Origin: a virus
Direction: 5' to 3' (one strand)
Length of the DNA stretch: 41,029 bases
Virus genome (UHGV): UHGV-0145872
The first letter of the stretch is position 1; every line of letters begins with the position of its first letter. A program made the position numbers and the translations under genes. Under the pieces are notes generated by a model, which saw only the letters and a program-made list of their open reading frames with translations, was not told the DNA's origin and ran no database searches. Below, piece by piece: positions 8,597-17,000 of the stretch.

Positions 8597-10349
8597 TGCT
8601 GATAACGCTGCTGCGGGCCGGCGTGGTCAGCGTGGCCATGACTTCATCCAGTGCGGCTTCCGGTACGCCGTCCGGATACTGTGCCGTTAACTGGCGGTAA
8701 TGTTCCGGCGTCCAGGTAAGGCCGTCGGCGCTGAACTTATCGCGCAGGGCTTTCGCGGCCTCCACATGAGTCATGGGACGTTGTTCAGTGCGCGGCCCGC
8801 GTACGTCAGAGGCCTGACCTCGCTTCGGCATATAGGCCGGAAGTGTGGCGTCATCAATATGTTTATATGGGTCAAGCCGCCCGCCGAACGGCAGCGCCTT
8901 CGCCTTGCGTGCGGCAGCTGCATCTGCGGCGTTGTCTGTACCGGTGACCAGCGCTTCGGTTTCTTTTGCCGCCATCTGCGCCGGGGTTTCCGGCAGGGCT
9001 TTGTAACTTTCGCCAAATACCGCCGCGCCTTCAGCAAAGCCAAACTCGTTCTTTCTGACTTCTTCGACCAGGAAGAACGTCTCGTGGCCGTCCTCACCGG
9101 TCAGAACCACCTGTGCCACATCGCTGCGCCACGGGTTACGGGTAATCATCAGTTTTTCACCGACCAGTACGCCCGGTACCGTTGATACGTCAAATTCAGT
9201 GCCCCGGAACGAGACACGAAGTTTTGGCGTGACTTTGCGGAGTTCTGGTGCCGCCACAGCCAGTTCACGACATACCTCAACGGAAGGCGCTTTTTTCAGC
9301 TGCTCAGCAGTAATCTTCAGCCAGATATCCGTGCGGGTTTTACCGTGGCGGCTGTGAACAGCCGTGGCGTTAAAGTGGCTGCGCCATTTCGCGGCCAGCG
9401 CATTGAGTTCTTCCAGACTGTGAACCGGCCGGAACTTCAGACCCGGCTCCAGCTTGCGTTCGATAATGTCCCGCGCCTTTTCCACCTGTCCGGTGGCGCG
9501 GGCGTTATGCGGCTTGTGCGCTATCAGGTCGATGCCCAGTGAGCGGCACATGTTTTTCGTCATACCCGCGGTGTTTGCCGAGCCGGGGTCGAGATAGAGT
9601 ATTTTTGGCACGCCGTGCAGCACGTCTGCGCCGCCACGCTCCTGCATGGCGTTGATAAGCACAGAACACAGGTTCTCACCTGATTCCGCGCCCGTCACAT
9701 ACTCAACGTAAATCCAGCCGCTGGCATGGTCGGTAATCTCGTAACTCCACACGCGGTCACTGGCGATACGGGCAAGGTTAGCGGGCTTGTTCTTGTAGAA
9801 CTTCGCGCTGTCCATCACCTGCAGCCCTTTATGTCCATTGCTCAGGTAGTAAAGCGTGCAGAGTGAGGCGTCAATCTGCCAGACATGATTGGGGTGCAGA
9901 CTGGCCACTTCGGTATGCGGTGCAGGAGCATCCAGTTGTTCCGGGTGCAGGCCATAGTTACGCAGAGCACGGCTGATGGCATCTTCAGACAACGGGAAAA
10001 ACTCACCGGTGGTTTCATCTGTTCTGCCTGCGGTGATAAAGCCGTTAGCCCGCAGGGTTTCCACTGCATCTGCGATGGAATAGAGGCGTTTACCGTTCTT
10101 GCGGGTGGCCTCACGCAGTGTGGCAGATATCAGCGCGGCTTCGTCGCGGGTCAGGGCGCTGCGTCCGGCATCAGCGCGTTTTTTGCGTTTATCAGTCACA
10201 GAGACCTCCTTCAGCCTGCGCAGCAGAGTGGCGCGGGACATGCCAAGTTCAGCACAGGCAGCGTCGTATATTGCACCGCGTTTACCATGCCCCGCGTCAC
10301 GTGCCGCGCGGGCGACATAAACCAGTCGTTCAGTCAGGGCAGCATTCAT
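8580..10349 (-). CDS. DDE transposase (integrase-core/rve type), phage transposase A analogue
   Basis: 589 aa; N-terminal HTH region, central catalytic core with candidate DDE residues (HVWQIDAS..., YLDPGSANTAG..., GQVEKARDIIE); immediately upstream of the B-like ATPase as in transposable phages. Confidence 0.8.
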   Translation of the reverse strand: MNAALTERLVYVARAARDAGHGKRGAIYDAACAELGMSRATLLRRLKEVSVTDKRKKRADAGRSALTRDEAALISATLREATRKNGKRLYSIADAVETLRANGFITAGRTDETTGEFFPLSEDAISRALRNYGLHPEQLDAPAPHTEVASLHPNHVWQIDASLCTLYYLSNGHKGLQVMDSAKFYKNKPANLARIASDRVWSYEITDHASGWIYVEYVTGAESGENLCSVLINAMQERGGADVLHGVPKILYLDPGSANTAGMTKNMCRSLGIDLIAHKPHNARATGQVEKARDIIERKLEPGLKFRPVHSLEELNALAAKWRSHFNATAVHSRHGKTRTDIWLKITAEQLKKAPSVEVCRELAVAAPELRKVTPKLRVSFRGTEFDVSTVPGVLVGEKLMITRNPWRSDVAQVVLTGEDGHETFFLVEEVRKNEFGFAEGAAVFGESYKALPETPAQMAAKETEALVTGTDNAADAAAARKAKALPFGGRLDPYKHIDDATLPAYMPKRGQASDVRGPRTEQRPMTHVEAAKALRDKFSADGLTWTPEHYRQLTAQYPDGVPEAALDEVMATLTTPARSSVISIVNGN

Positions 10350-10352
10350 TGG

Positions 10353-11267
10353 TTATGCCTCCAGCCCGTTAATCTGTGGCGTCGGCTCAGTCAGCCATGA
10401 AGGCGCGGCATTGCCTGTTGGCTCATCCGGCAGGTCAAATGTGGAGCGCAGGCTACGCGCTGTGCTTTCCAGTTGACAGACCAGGCCTGCCATGAAGTCT
10501 CTGGGGGTATCAATCATGTTTTCAGCACAATATGCGCACAGCGTCTCAAAAGCGCTGGACAGTCGAACGGCGATAGCAGATTCCGCCTCAACCGCTAATG
10601 CTGTCACTTCCGCCCGCAGCTTCTTAACCTCTTCATCAGGCTCAGGCGGCTGAATACGGGATTTCTTCTCCAGTCTGGTGGAGAGTGAGTCTATTTTTTC
10701 ATTTTTGTCAGCGAGTACGCGCTGTTGTGCTGCGTTGGTTTCGCGCGCTTCGCGCAGGGCCTGACGCAATTCACGTACTGACATGCGATCAACGTCGTCA
10801 AGCGTCAGGCCGGCAACTGTGCCGCCGTCGGCCAATTCATCAAGTTCTTCATTATCCAGAACCATCAGGTCGTACAGTTTGGCTTTCCCCAAAACGCTCA
10901 ACGTTGAGCGTTTTGTTGGCTCATCACCTTCTCCCAAAAACTTCATACTGGCTTGCATCATGCGGCGAGCAACTTGTGGTGCAAGTCCGAGTTCATTTTC
11001 TAAAATGTTTGTAAAATCACCGTGTGGCTCATTTTCTTTTAAGATGATCAGCCGCTTACCCGCTTCCAGCATAGATTCAGCACTCTGCGCCATATAAAAA
11101 CGTGCTTCGTGAACAATGCGATCACGTTCATAAGGCAGTCCATCACCAAACTGCTGCATAATTTCCATGCGATGCTGTGTCATAGCGTTCAAATTGACAT
11201 TGATGTTATCTGACAGCGGAACCTCAACATTCAGTTCAGTGTTAACGGGTGATTTGGTGCGTCCCAT
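10353..11267 (-). CDS. hypothetical early protein, acidic with coiled-coil segment (304 aa)
   Basis: ORF between the regulators and the transposase; RELRQALREARETNAAQQRVLADKNEKIDSLSTRLEKK looks coiled-coil; no family recognised. Confidence 0.45.
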   Translation of the reverse strand: MGRTKSPVNTELNVEVPLSDNINVNLNAMTQHRMEIMQQFGDGLPYERDRIVHEARFYMAQSAESMLEAGKRLIILKENEPHGDFTNILENELGLAPQVARRMMQASMKFLGEGDEPTKRSTLSVLGKAKLYDLMVLDNEELDELADGGTVAGLTLDDVDRMSVRELRQALREARETNAAQQRVLADKNEKIDSLSTRLEKKSRIQPPEPDEEVKKLRAEVTALAVEAESAIAVRLSSAFETLCAYCAENMIDTPRDFMAGLVCQLESTARSLRSTFDLPDEPTGNAAPSWLTEPTPQINGLEA

Positions 11268-11277
11268 TGATTACTCC

Positions 11278-11586
11278 TTACAAACGACTACCTGAAATAA
11301 CTCGTTGGTTGATTTCGTTAATACGATCCTGTGCACGCGCCATCTCGTGACTGTGAGCCATGGCGATCTGTAGTAACTGGATTCCCGGTGCGAAACGTCC
11401 GTTCTCTAATTTCATGGCCAGTCCCTCTTCAATAAGGGTATTAAGTGCTCGATTGATATTCGCTGGGGACTCCCCCAGGGCTGATGCCAGTTCACCGTTA
11501 GAAACACCGTTCAGAGCATGACCGCGTAGAGCTTTGAGTACACGTAGGATGCGGGTCCCAGAACTGGAAATATTTACTTTACTCAT
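11278..11586 (-). CDS. winged-helix HTH transcriptional regulator
   Basis: HTH-like segment VSNGELASALGESPANINRALNTLIEEGL; the longer frame 11278..11649 overlaps the upstream gene, so ATG at 11586 is preferred, but the start is uncertain. Confidence 0.45.
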   Translation of the reverse strand: MSKVNISSSGTRILRVLKALRGHALNGVSNGELASALGESPANINRALNTLIEEGLAMKLENGRFAPGIQLLQIAMAHSHEMARAQDRINEINQRVISGSRL

Positions 11587-11638
11587 GTCACATTTCCATT
11601 TTTGCAATATGTGATAACCTGTTGCATATGTGGAAAAT

Positions 11639-11827
11639 TTATGCCGCATTTGACGTGGGTTTTAATCCCAGTTTTACGGCAATTTCATGGGCTTTGCCGT
11701 AACGAGCTTTGGTCTGTCCATTGAGAACACGATAGACCTCATTGCGGCTGTAGCCGTGTTCTTCGGCCCAGCGGGTAAACGTGATACCACGCTGACGGAA
11801 GAGATTTTTAACTTGTTCGGAAGTCAT
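11639..11827 (-). CDS. small HTH DNA-binding protein, first gene of early operon (positional Ner/Cro analogue)
   Basis: 62 aa; ITFTRWAEEHGYSRNEVYRVLNGQ is HTH-like; divergent from the repressor; a sigma70-like promoter lies upstream. Confidence 0.55.
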   Translation of the reverse strand: MTSEQVKNLFRQRGITFTRWAEEHGYSRNEVYRVLNGQTKARYGKAHEIAVKLGLKPTSNAA

Positions 11828-11913
11828 TGTTGTCTCCTTTGTTGATGCAATGATGTTTGTTTTATATGTGATAGATTATGAGAACTATTATTCTCATTGT
11901 CAATGAGGTTTAT
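11828..11913. promoter_or_regulatory. divergent immunity promoter/operator region
   Basis: On the minus strand TTGACA (plus coordinates 11897-11902), a 17 nt spacer, then CATAAT (11871-11876) form a near-consensus promoter reading toward the early operon; a 15 bp palindrome CTCATTGtCAATGAG (11889-11903) overlaps its -35; a weaker plus-strand TTGATG/TATATG pair could drive the repressor. Confidence 0.5.
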
Positions 11914-12339
11914 GTGAATTTTGATTCTCTTTGCGCGTCGCGGTTCAAAGCTGAGCGTTCGCGGTTATCACTCAAGCAGGCTGAAGTAGCAGCCCTTTGT
12001 GGCGTTTCAAGAGAAATGTGGGGGAAATATGAACGAGGGGTTGCTGTTCCCGGAGGTGAGTTACTTGCAGCCTTTGCAAGAATTGGGGCCAATGTACAGT
12101 TCATTCTTACCGGGGAGTCATCAGGTATAACTTTATCACGTGATGAAATGGAGTTACTGCAGCACTACCGGCAGGCACCATTACAGGTCAAAGGTTCAGT
12201 TTTGTCGGCCTTGACTACTGGCTCCTCCAGAGAACGGGCGGAACAGGTTATTCATGGAGATGTTCTGGGGAATGTTATCAAAGGTAACGTAACCATAGGA
12301 ACAGGTGGAATAATGAACAAAAATACCAAGAGAAGATGA
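11878..12339 (+). CDS. XRE-family HTH repressor (prophage c/CI analogue)
   Basis: HTH segment LSLKQAEVAALCGVSREMWGKYERG; divergent from the early operon; alternative GTG start at 11914 has a GAGGT RBS; stop overlaps start of the next gene (ATGA). Confidence 0.65.
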   Translation: MRTIILIVNEVYVNFDSLCASRFKAERSRLSLKQAEVAALCGVSREMWGKYERGVAVPGGELLAAFARIGANVQFILTGESSGITLSRDEMELLQHYRQAPLQVKGSVLSALTTGSSRERAEQVIHGDVLGNVIKGNVTIGTGGIMNKNTKRR

Positions 12340-13322
12340 GTAAAGAGAAGCAAACAGTTAACGGGGATGTGGGTAACGTTGTCAGCGGTGATGTTACCAT
12401 TCATAACTATTCTGCTGACATACTTCCTTCGGCCCAGCAACCAATTTCGTTGCTGCAAAAACGCGATTTACACAGATTGATGGATGAATTGGTTGATCTG
12501 GGGGAAAGTAAGCGCGAGCTATGGATGACGATCCACACGAAACTTAATACCAAAACAGTTAATGAAATGACTGCGGCTGATTATCATGGTGCGGTTGAGA
12601 TCCTTCAGAGATATGCACAACAGATCCAGAATATGAAGGACTGTAATCTTCTGGTCAGCAAAATAATGGCGCTTACTGACCCTGGGTATCGTCTTGACCG
12701 TGACAGATACTGTCTGAAGCATTTCGGTACAACCCATCTTAAAGGCCTAGACAAAGAGCAGTTGCAGGCTGTGTTTGGTTATTTTGATGATCTGCTGAAT
12801 ATTCGTGATGAGAGTAAAACTCTATCACCTCCATCGGAAAGCGGTGCAAAATCAGTCGCAACTGTACCAACCAGAAGCCGGAAGCCTCATGTAGTAGTGT
12901 TGGGGGGAGTGTTAGTTCTTGTAGCAATATTTTTCGTGGGAATGATTGTGTTCGCTGGTAAATGGGGAAATGCCAAAGCAGTAGCTTCTACTGAAACCAG
13001 CGTTTTTAACATTAAAACCAACAATAAAATAATAGAAGATTCCATCCCCGCACTGCGCAGCATGTTTCCAGGGTTAAATAAGTACTCAGATGATTTCCAT
13101 TCGGTTTCAAGCTACAAGCAAAAAACGGGCTGGCATACCCTTAAATTTACTGTATCAGCAAAGGCATCCGTCCCCGAAAATTATAGTGTTAAGGGCAAGG
13201 TTTGTTACATTAACATAAGCCCTGATGGTAGTTATGCTCGGGTTTTGACTGCTCCATGTCGTTCACTGCTACTTGATCAGCAAAGCACTCCTGACAGTAA
13301 ATACCGTTTTATTCTTAAATAG
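12336..13322 (+). CDS. bitopic membrane protein co-transcribed with repressor (328 aa)
   Basis: Single TM helix (HVVVLGGVLVLVAIFFVGMIVFAG) separating an about 185 aa N-domain from an about 120 aa C-domain; start overlaps repressor stop; no family recognised. Confidence 0.5.
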   Translation: MSKEKQTVNGDVGNVVSGDVTIHNYSADILPSAQQPISLLQKRDLHRLMDELVDLGESKRELWMTIHTKLNTKTVNEMTAADYHGAVEILQRYAQQIQNMKDCNLLVSKIMALTDPGYRLDRDRYCLKHFGTTHLKGLDKEQLQAVFGYFDDLLNIRDESKTLSPPSESGAKSVATVPTRSRKPHVVVLGGVLVLVAIFFVGMIVFAGKWGNAKAVASTETSVFNIKTNNKIIEDSIPALRSMFPGLNKYSDDFHSVSSYKQKTGWHTLKFTVSAKASVPENYSVKGKVCYINISPDGSYARVLTAPCRSLLLDQQSTPDSKYRFILK

Positions 13323-13412
13323 AAAATAACAGCTGAATTACCATGGGATCAGAAAAAAGACAAAGGCGGCATCATGCTGCGTTCTGAAATTTTAATGTAA
13401 AAGGTGATGAAC

Positions 13413-13994
13413 ATGGCAGGGATTCAGGTTATCGCAGGAAGTTTTCCTAAAGGGTGGGCAAGCATGGGGTTCGGTACCATCGTGTTTGCCAAAAAACCAA
13501 AACAAGGCTTTCCTGAAAATATTGTATTAAATCTGAAAGAAGAGCTTTTATCGATTGAACTTGCGGATAGTGAAGAGGAAAGCCGTATAGGTAAGGCGGC
13601 AGGCGCAGGTTTGCTTGGTGGATTAATCTTTGGTGGTGCAGGGTTGGTCATTGGAGGTTTGCTTGGTGCGGCGGACAAGACGAAAAAAACTATCACTTTT
13701 AAGGCAATGTTTACGGGAAATAGGTTACTTCTGGCTAAAACAGATTCAAAAACTTTTGTAAAACTTCAGTCAATTGCTGCTGATAATGCCCATAACGCAT
13801 CTGTAATCAACATGAAGCAAACTAATAGGGGCGATGTTTCTTCTCGTAAACAACTAACAGAAAATCCACAGCAGCAAGACTTACCTGCGCCCGCTACAAC
13901 AGTAAAAATGACTGCCAAAGATAAGTTAGAATCGGCTCTTGGGCTGGGAATCATCGTTATAGCTGTTTGGGCAATAATACACTTCTTTTTTTAG
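13413..13994 (+). CDS. glycine-zipper membrane protein (about 193 aa)
   Basis: GKAAGAGLLGGLIFGGAGLVIGGLLGAA glycine-zipper segment plus C-terminal TM LGLGIIVIAVWAIIHFFF; AGGTGA RBS 5 nt before ATG 13413 (the six-frame ORF begins at GTG 13404). Confidence 0.5.
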   Translation: MAGIQVIAGSFPKGWASMGFGTIVFAKKPKQGFPENIVLNLKEELLSIELADSEEESRIGKAAGAGLLGGLIFGGAGLVIGGLLGAADKTKKTITFKAMFTGNRLLLAKTDSKTFVKLQSIAADNAHNASVINMKQTNRGDVSSRKQLTENPQQQDLPAPATTVKMTAKDKLESALGLGIIVIAVWAIIHFFF

Positions 13995-13995
13995 T

Positions 13996-14020
13996 GCAGC
14001 CCTTCAGGGCTGTTTCTGTT
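13996..14020 (+). terminator. candidate rho-independent terminator of the repressor operon
   Basis: GC-rich hairpin CAGCCCT..AGGGCTG followed by TTTCTGTT directly after the stop of the glycine-zipper gene. Confidence 0.4.
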
Positions 14021-14031
14021 CAGGAGGTATC

Positions 14032-14508
14032 TTAAGGATTATCCGGGGCGTTTTCCTGTTTGCCGTACTTCGGAGACGAACAACATTCTGTTGGCTGACC
14101 GGTGAGTTTACGTAACTCCTTCATGAGCAGCTCCTGATCGTAAACTGTCATCAGTGCCGCAATGGTGGCATGCAGTGCATCGGGCAGTATCCAGGGTTGC
14201 CGGCCCGTGGGGCATATAACATCCAGCAGCTCATTCGTCCGACAGATACGCTCCTCGCCGTATGACAACAGGCCCTGTCCCGTGTATTCCTCTAGCCTGA
14301 TCACTGTGCCACCCCGTGGCTTCTGCCAGGTCGTCAGATCTTCGCCATTCATACGGCGCTCATTCTCCACGTCAGCAGCATCGACAATGACGCTGTTTCC
14401 GAGTTCCTGTTTCACCATCTCTTCTATCCGCGCCAGTACGTAACTTTTACCGCTGCCCACAGGACCGGACACAGTGACAGTGATGACCGGATTCAGTGTG
14501 TGCGTCAT
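14032..14508 (-). CDS. small P-loop NTPase-like protein (158 aa), antisense to flanking operons
   Basis: Walker A GPVGSGKS near the N-terminus followed by a hydrophobic strand VIVDAAD; strong GAGGAG RBS 7 nt upstream of the ATG; convergent with the repressor operon and divergent from the late operon. Confidence 0.5.
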   Translation of the reverse strand: MTHTLNPVITVTVSGPVGSGKSYVLARIEEMVKQELGNSVIVDAADVENERRMNGEDLTTWQKPRGGTVIRLEEYTGQGLLSYGEERICRTNELLDVICPTGRQPWILPDALHATIAALMTVYDQELLMKELRKLTGQPTECCSSPKYGKQENAPDNP

Positions 14509-14638
14509 ATCGTATTCTCCTCTGTGAATAATTCATCGTTTATCCTGCACATCCCGTATCCCCGGCTCTCTTAACGCGCTTTAAAATCCTTTGCGCCCTG
14601 TATTTGTGATGCTGTCTCCACCAAACGAGGAGACACAC

Positions 14639-14989
14639 ATGAAAAACCTGAAAAAATTCATTCCCCCTGTTAAAAAACCTCGCCTCAGCGGCTGGCTGCT
14701 GACCTCAGTGCTGTTGCTGGGCACCATCGCTCTGGTCTCACCACAGCAGCTGCCTGTTGTGATCTACAAGCTGGCACTCATCACGCTGGCAGCAGTGCTG
14801 GGTTACTGGCTTGACCGTTCGCTCTTCCCCAAAGCCCGTCCCGGTCAGTACCTGAAACATGACGACAGGCTGATGGCTGAAGGGCGTTTCCCGGTACAGA
14901 CCGGCCTTCACCTGGTGTTTTCTGCTGCGTTAATCCGCCGTGCACTGATTGTTGCAGCGGTCTGCCTGGCTGTTGCGATGGGGCTTTAA
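14639..14989 (+). CDS. putative holin-like membrane protein (116 aa, 3 TM)
   Basis: Three hydrophobic helices; GAGGA RBS 7 nt before ATG 14639; lies immediately upstream of the endolysin. Confidence 0.45.
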   Translation: MKNLKKFIPPVKKPRLSGWLLTSVLLLGTIALVSPQQLPVVIYKLALITLAAVLGYWLDRSLFPKARPGQYLKHDDRLMAEGRFPVQTGLHLVFSAALIRRALIVAAVCLAVAMGL

Positions 14990-14991
14990 TC

Positions 14992-15732
14992 ATGAACTGG
15001 CCGCAGATCACCTGGATTGTATGCATGTCCCTGAAACTGGCTTTCGAAGCCTTTCGGGTCTTCATCAGAACCGAACGCCTGTCAGTCCGCGCCGGGACCT
15101 TTCTGGTTCATATGGCATGGGTATTCTTTGTCGCAATGTTGCTCTGGTGTGGCGGCTTTTTCAGCCAGGCATGCGCAGCACAACCTCCGCAGGCTGCGCT
15201 GCAGTATCGCGATGATGTGATCCGTAATGCCCGGCTTGAATGGGGACTGTCTGCGCCGGTGGCCGATTTCGCCGCGCAACTGCATCAGGAAAGCGGCTGG
15301 CGACCTGATGCGATCTCGCCGGCTGGCGCTCAGGGACTGGCGCAGTTCATGCCTGCCACTGCCGACTGGATAAGCCAGTTGATACCGATGCTGAGCAGTC
15401 GTGAGCCGTTTAATCCGGCATGGGCTATCCGGGCGCTGGTCAGCTATGACCGCTGGCTGTGGCAGCGTGTCAGCGCCGCCAGTGACTGCGAGCGTATGGC
15501 CATGACACTGTCGGGCTATAACGGTGGTCTGGGCTGGGTACAACGGGACAGGCGGCTTGCATCACAGAAAGGTCTGGACAGCACCCGCTGGTTCGGACAT
15601 GTCGCCACGGTGAATGCCGGACGCAATGCGGCCAGCTGGCGGGAGAACCGCCATTATCCGCAGCGCATCCTGCGCGAACTGGCACCGCGATATCTCACAT
15701 GGGGAGGCAGCAGTTGTGTGGCATCTGATTAA
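14992..15732 (+). CDS. endolysin, lytic transglycosylase (SLT domain), possibly with signal-anchor
   Basis: Catalytic-region motif LHQESGWRPDAISPAGAQGLAQFMPAT typical of SLT/goose-type transglycosylases; hydrophobic N-terminal segments; start uncertain. Confidence 0.7.
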   Translation: MNWPQITWIVCMSLKLAFEAFRVFIRTERLSVRAGTFLVHMAWVFFVAMLLWCGGFFSQACAAQPPQAALQYRDDVIRNARLEWGLSAPVADFAAQLHQESGWRPDAISPAGAQGLAQFMPATADWISQLIPMLSSREPFNPAWAIRALVSYDRWLWQRVSAASDCERMAMTLSGYNGGLGWVQRDRRLASQKGLDSTRWFGHVATVNAGRNAASWRENRHYPQRILRELAPRYLTWGGSSCVASD

Positions 15733-16366
15733 AAAGCTGCCGTGGCGCGGCATTCTGCTGGCCATTCTTATCAATGCCTTTCTGGTCGGCCTGTATGCCA
15801 TGGGATACAGAAGTGGTCATGACTCTGCAAAGCGTGACGGTGATACCGCGCTCAGTCAGTTGCAGTCAGCATTTGACGCGTACAAAACGGAGCAGGCAAC
15901 GCTTGAGAATGCTGCGCTGCGGGCCTGGGCCAGACGGTATCAGGAGCAGGTGGCCGCCGGGCAGCGGGCTGAAGCCGGTTATCTTGAGCAGATTGCTCAA
16001 CTGGAGAGCCGGAATAAACAACTACAGGGGCAAATTAACGATGTCACACAGCGCTGGATTGATGAAAAAGGTAAGAGCCATCCCATTGAGTGCGTGTTTA
16101 CTCGCGGTTTCGTGCGCCAGTACAACGCCGCACTCGGATATGACAACGCATCCGTCGACACCGGTCATTCAGACTCAGTTGCCGCCGCTGGCACCCGCTC
16201 TGGCACAGCGACCGGGCAACCTGAAACCACTGACACCCGGTTACGCGATTCGGGTGTCTCCCAGCGTGACGTTCTCGCCAACATCATCGACAACGCAGGA
16301 CAATGTCGTCGCTGGCGGAACCAGATAAACGCGTTACTGGATGAACGGGAAGGATTACAGAAATGA
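15716..16366 (+). CDS. i-spanin (Rz-like)
   Basis: GTG start with GGGAGG RBS 8 nt upstream; N-terminal TM (WRGILLAILINAFLVGLYAMGY) then long coiled-coil periplasmic domain; overlaps endolysin 3' end. Confidence 0.65.
   Translation: MWHLIKKLPWRGILLAILINAFLVGLYAMGYRSGHDSAKRDGDTALSQLQSAFDAYKTEQATLENAALRAWARRYQEQVAAGQRAEAGYLEQIAQLESRNKQLQGQINDVTQRWIDEKGKSHPIECVFTRGFVRQYNAALGYDNASVDTGHSDSVAAAGTRSGTATGQPETTDTRLRDSGVSQRDVLANIIDNAGQCRRWRNQINALLDEREGLQK
16062..16328 (+). CDS. o-spanin (Rz1-like lipoprotein) embedded in Rz in the +1 frame
   Basis: MKKVRAIPLSACLLAVSC lipoprotein signal with lipobox Cys, followed by a Pro/Thr/Ser-rich 70 aa body; entirely inside the Rz gene. Confidence 0.6.
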   Translation: MKKVRAIPLSACLLAVSCASTTPHSDMTTHPSTPVIQTQLPPLAPALAQRPGNLKPLTPGYAIRVSPSVTFSPTSSTTQDNVVAGGTR

Positions 16367-16689
16367 CACTGCAGGTTGAATTCTGGACGGTGGTGAGTTT
16401 TCTGCTCACCTTCATGGGGTTTGTGGGAGGGCTCGCCAAATGGTTGTTCAGTAAAACAGAAGAACGCCAGGCGGCACGATTCGCCTCCCTTGAACAGGCC
16501 CTGCAACAATCCGCCTCCAACTGGGGCGAGCTGGAAAAAGAATTTATGCGATTTAAAGCGGATTTACCGCTGAATTATGTCCGTCGAGAGGATTATATCC
16601 GTGGCCAGACAGTCATTGAGGCCAAACTGGACGCGCTTTATAACAAACTGGAAGTGGTACAGCAGTACCGCAATACCGGAGGTCAATAA
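16363..16689 (+). CDS. small membrane protein conserved in Mu-like late regions (108 aa)
   Basis: N-terminal TM (FWTVVSFLLTFMGFVGGLAKWLF) plus coiled-coil tail; position after spanins and before packaging genes. Confidence 0.5.
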   Translation: MTLQVEFWTVVSFLLTFMGFVGGLAKWLFSKTEERQAARFASLEQALQQSASNWGELEKEFMRFKADLPLNYVRREDYIRGQTVIEAKLDALYNKLEVVQQYRNTGGQ

Positions 16690-17000
16690 TGGTCGATATT
16701 ACCCGGGTACGCCGCGAATCCCTGCGCTGGAGTCTGCTGGTTGCCCTGAACAAGACCCGCCCTTACACCGCCAGCGAGACGCTGCTGCTGGATGTGTCCC
16801 GTGCCATCTACCCGGACACCACACCGCTGGAACTGCGCCGCGAACTGGATTATCTGGCTGACCGTAAAATGGTTGATCTGGAGAAAAAACCTTCTGGCGA
16901 CTGGTTTGCTGACCTGACCCGCCTCGGCGTAGACCTGGTGGAATACACCGTGGAATGTGGTCCGGGTATTGCCCGCCCGGAAAAGTACTGGAGTGAATAA
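16689..17000 (+). CDS. conserved phage protein (103 aa)
   Basis: Start overlaps the upstream stop; positional equivalent of the small gene preceding the terminase small subunit in Mu-like phages. Confidence 0.45.
   Translation: MVDITRVRRESLRWSLLVALNKTRPYTASETLLLDVSRAIYPDTTPLELRRELDYLADRKMVDLEKKPSGDWFADLTRLGVDLVEYTVECGPGIARPEKYWSE

Noticed and set aside
8580-10349. Tyrosine or serine integrase with an att site / tRNA integration
   Set aside because: No tyrosine-recombinase motifs and no tRNA in the window; the recombinase is a DDE transposase with a B-like ATPase, so integration is by transposition
11639-11827. Assignment as a true Mu Ner orthologue
   Set aside because: Only the position and small HTH character are shared; the sequence does not clearly match Mu Ner as recalled, so it is called a positional analogue
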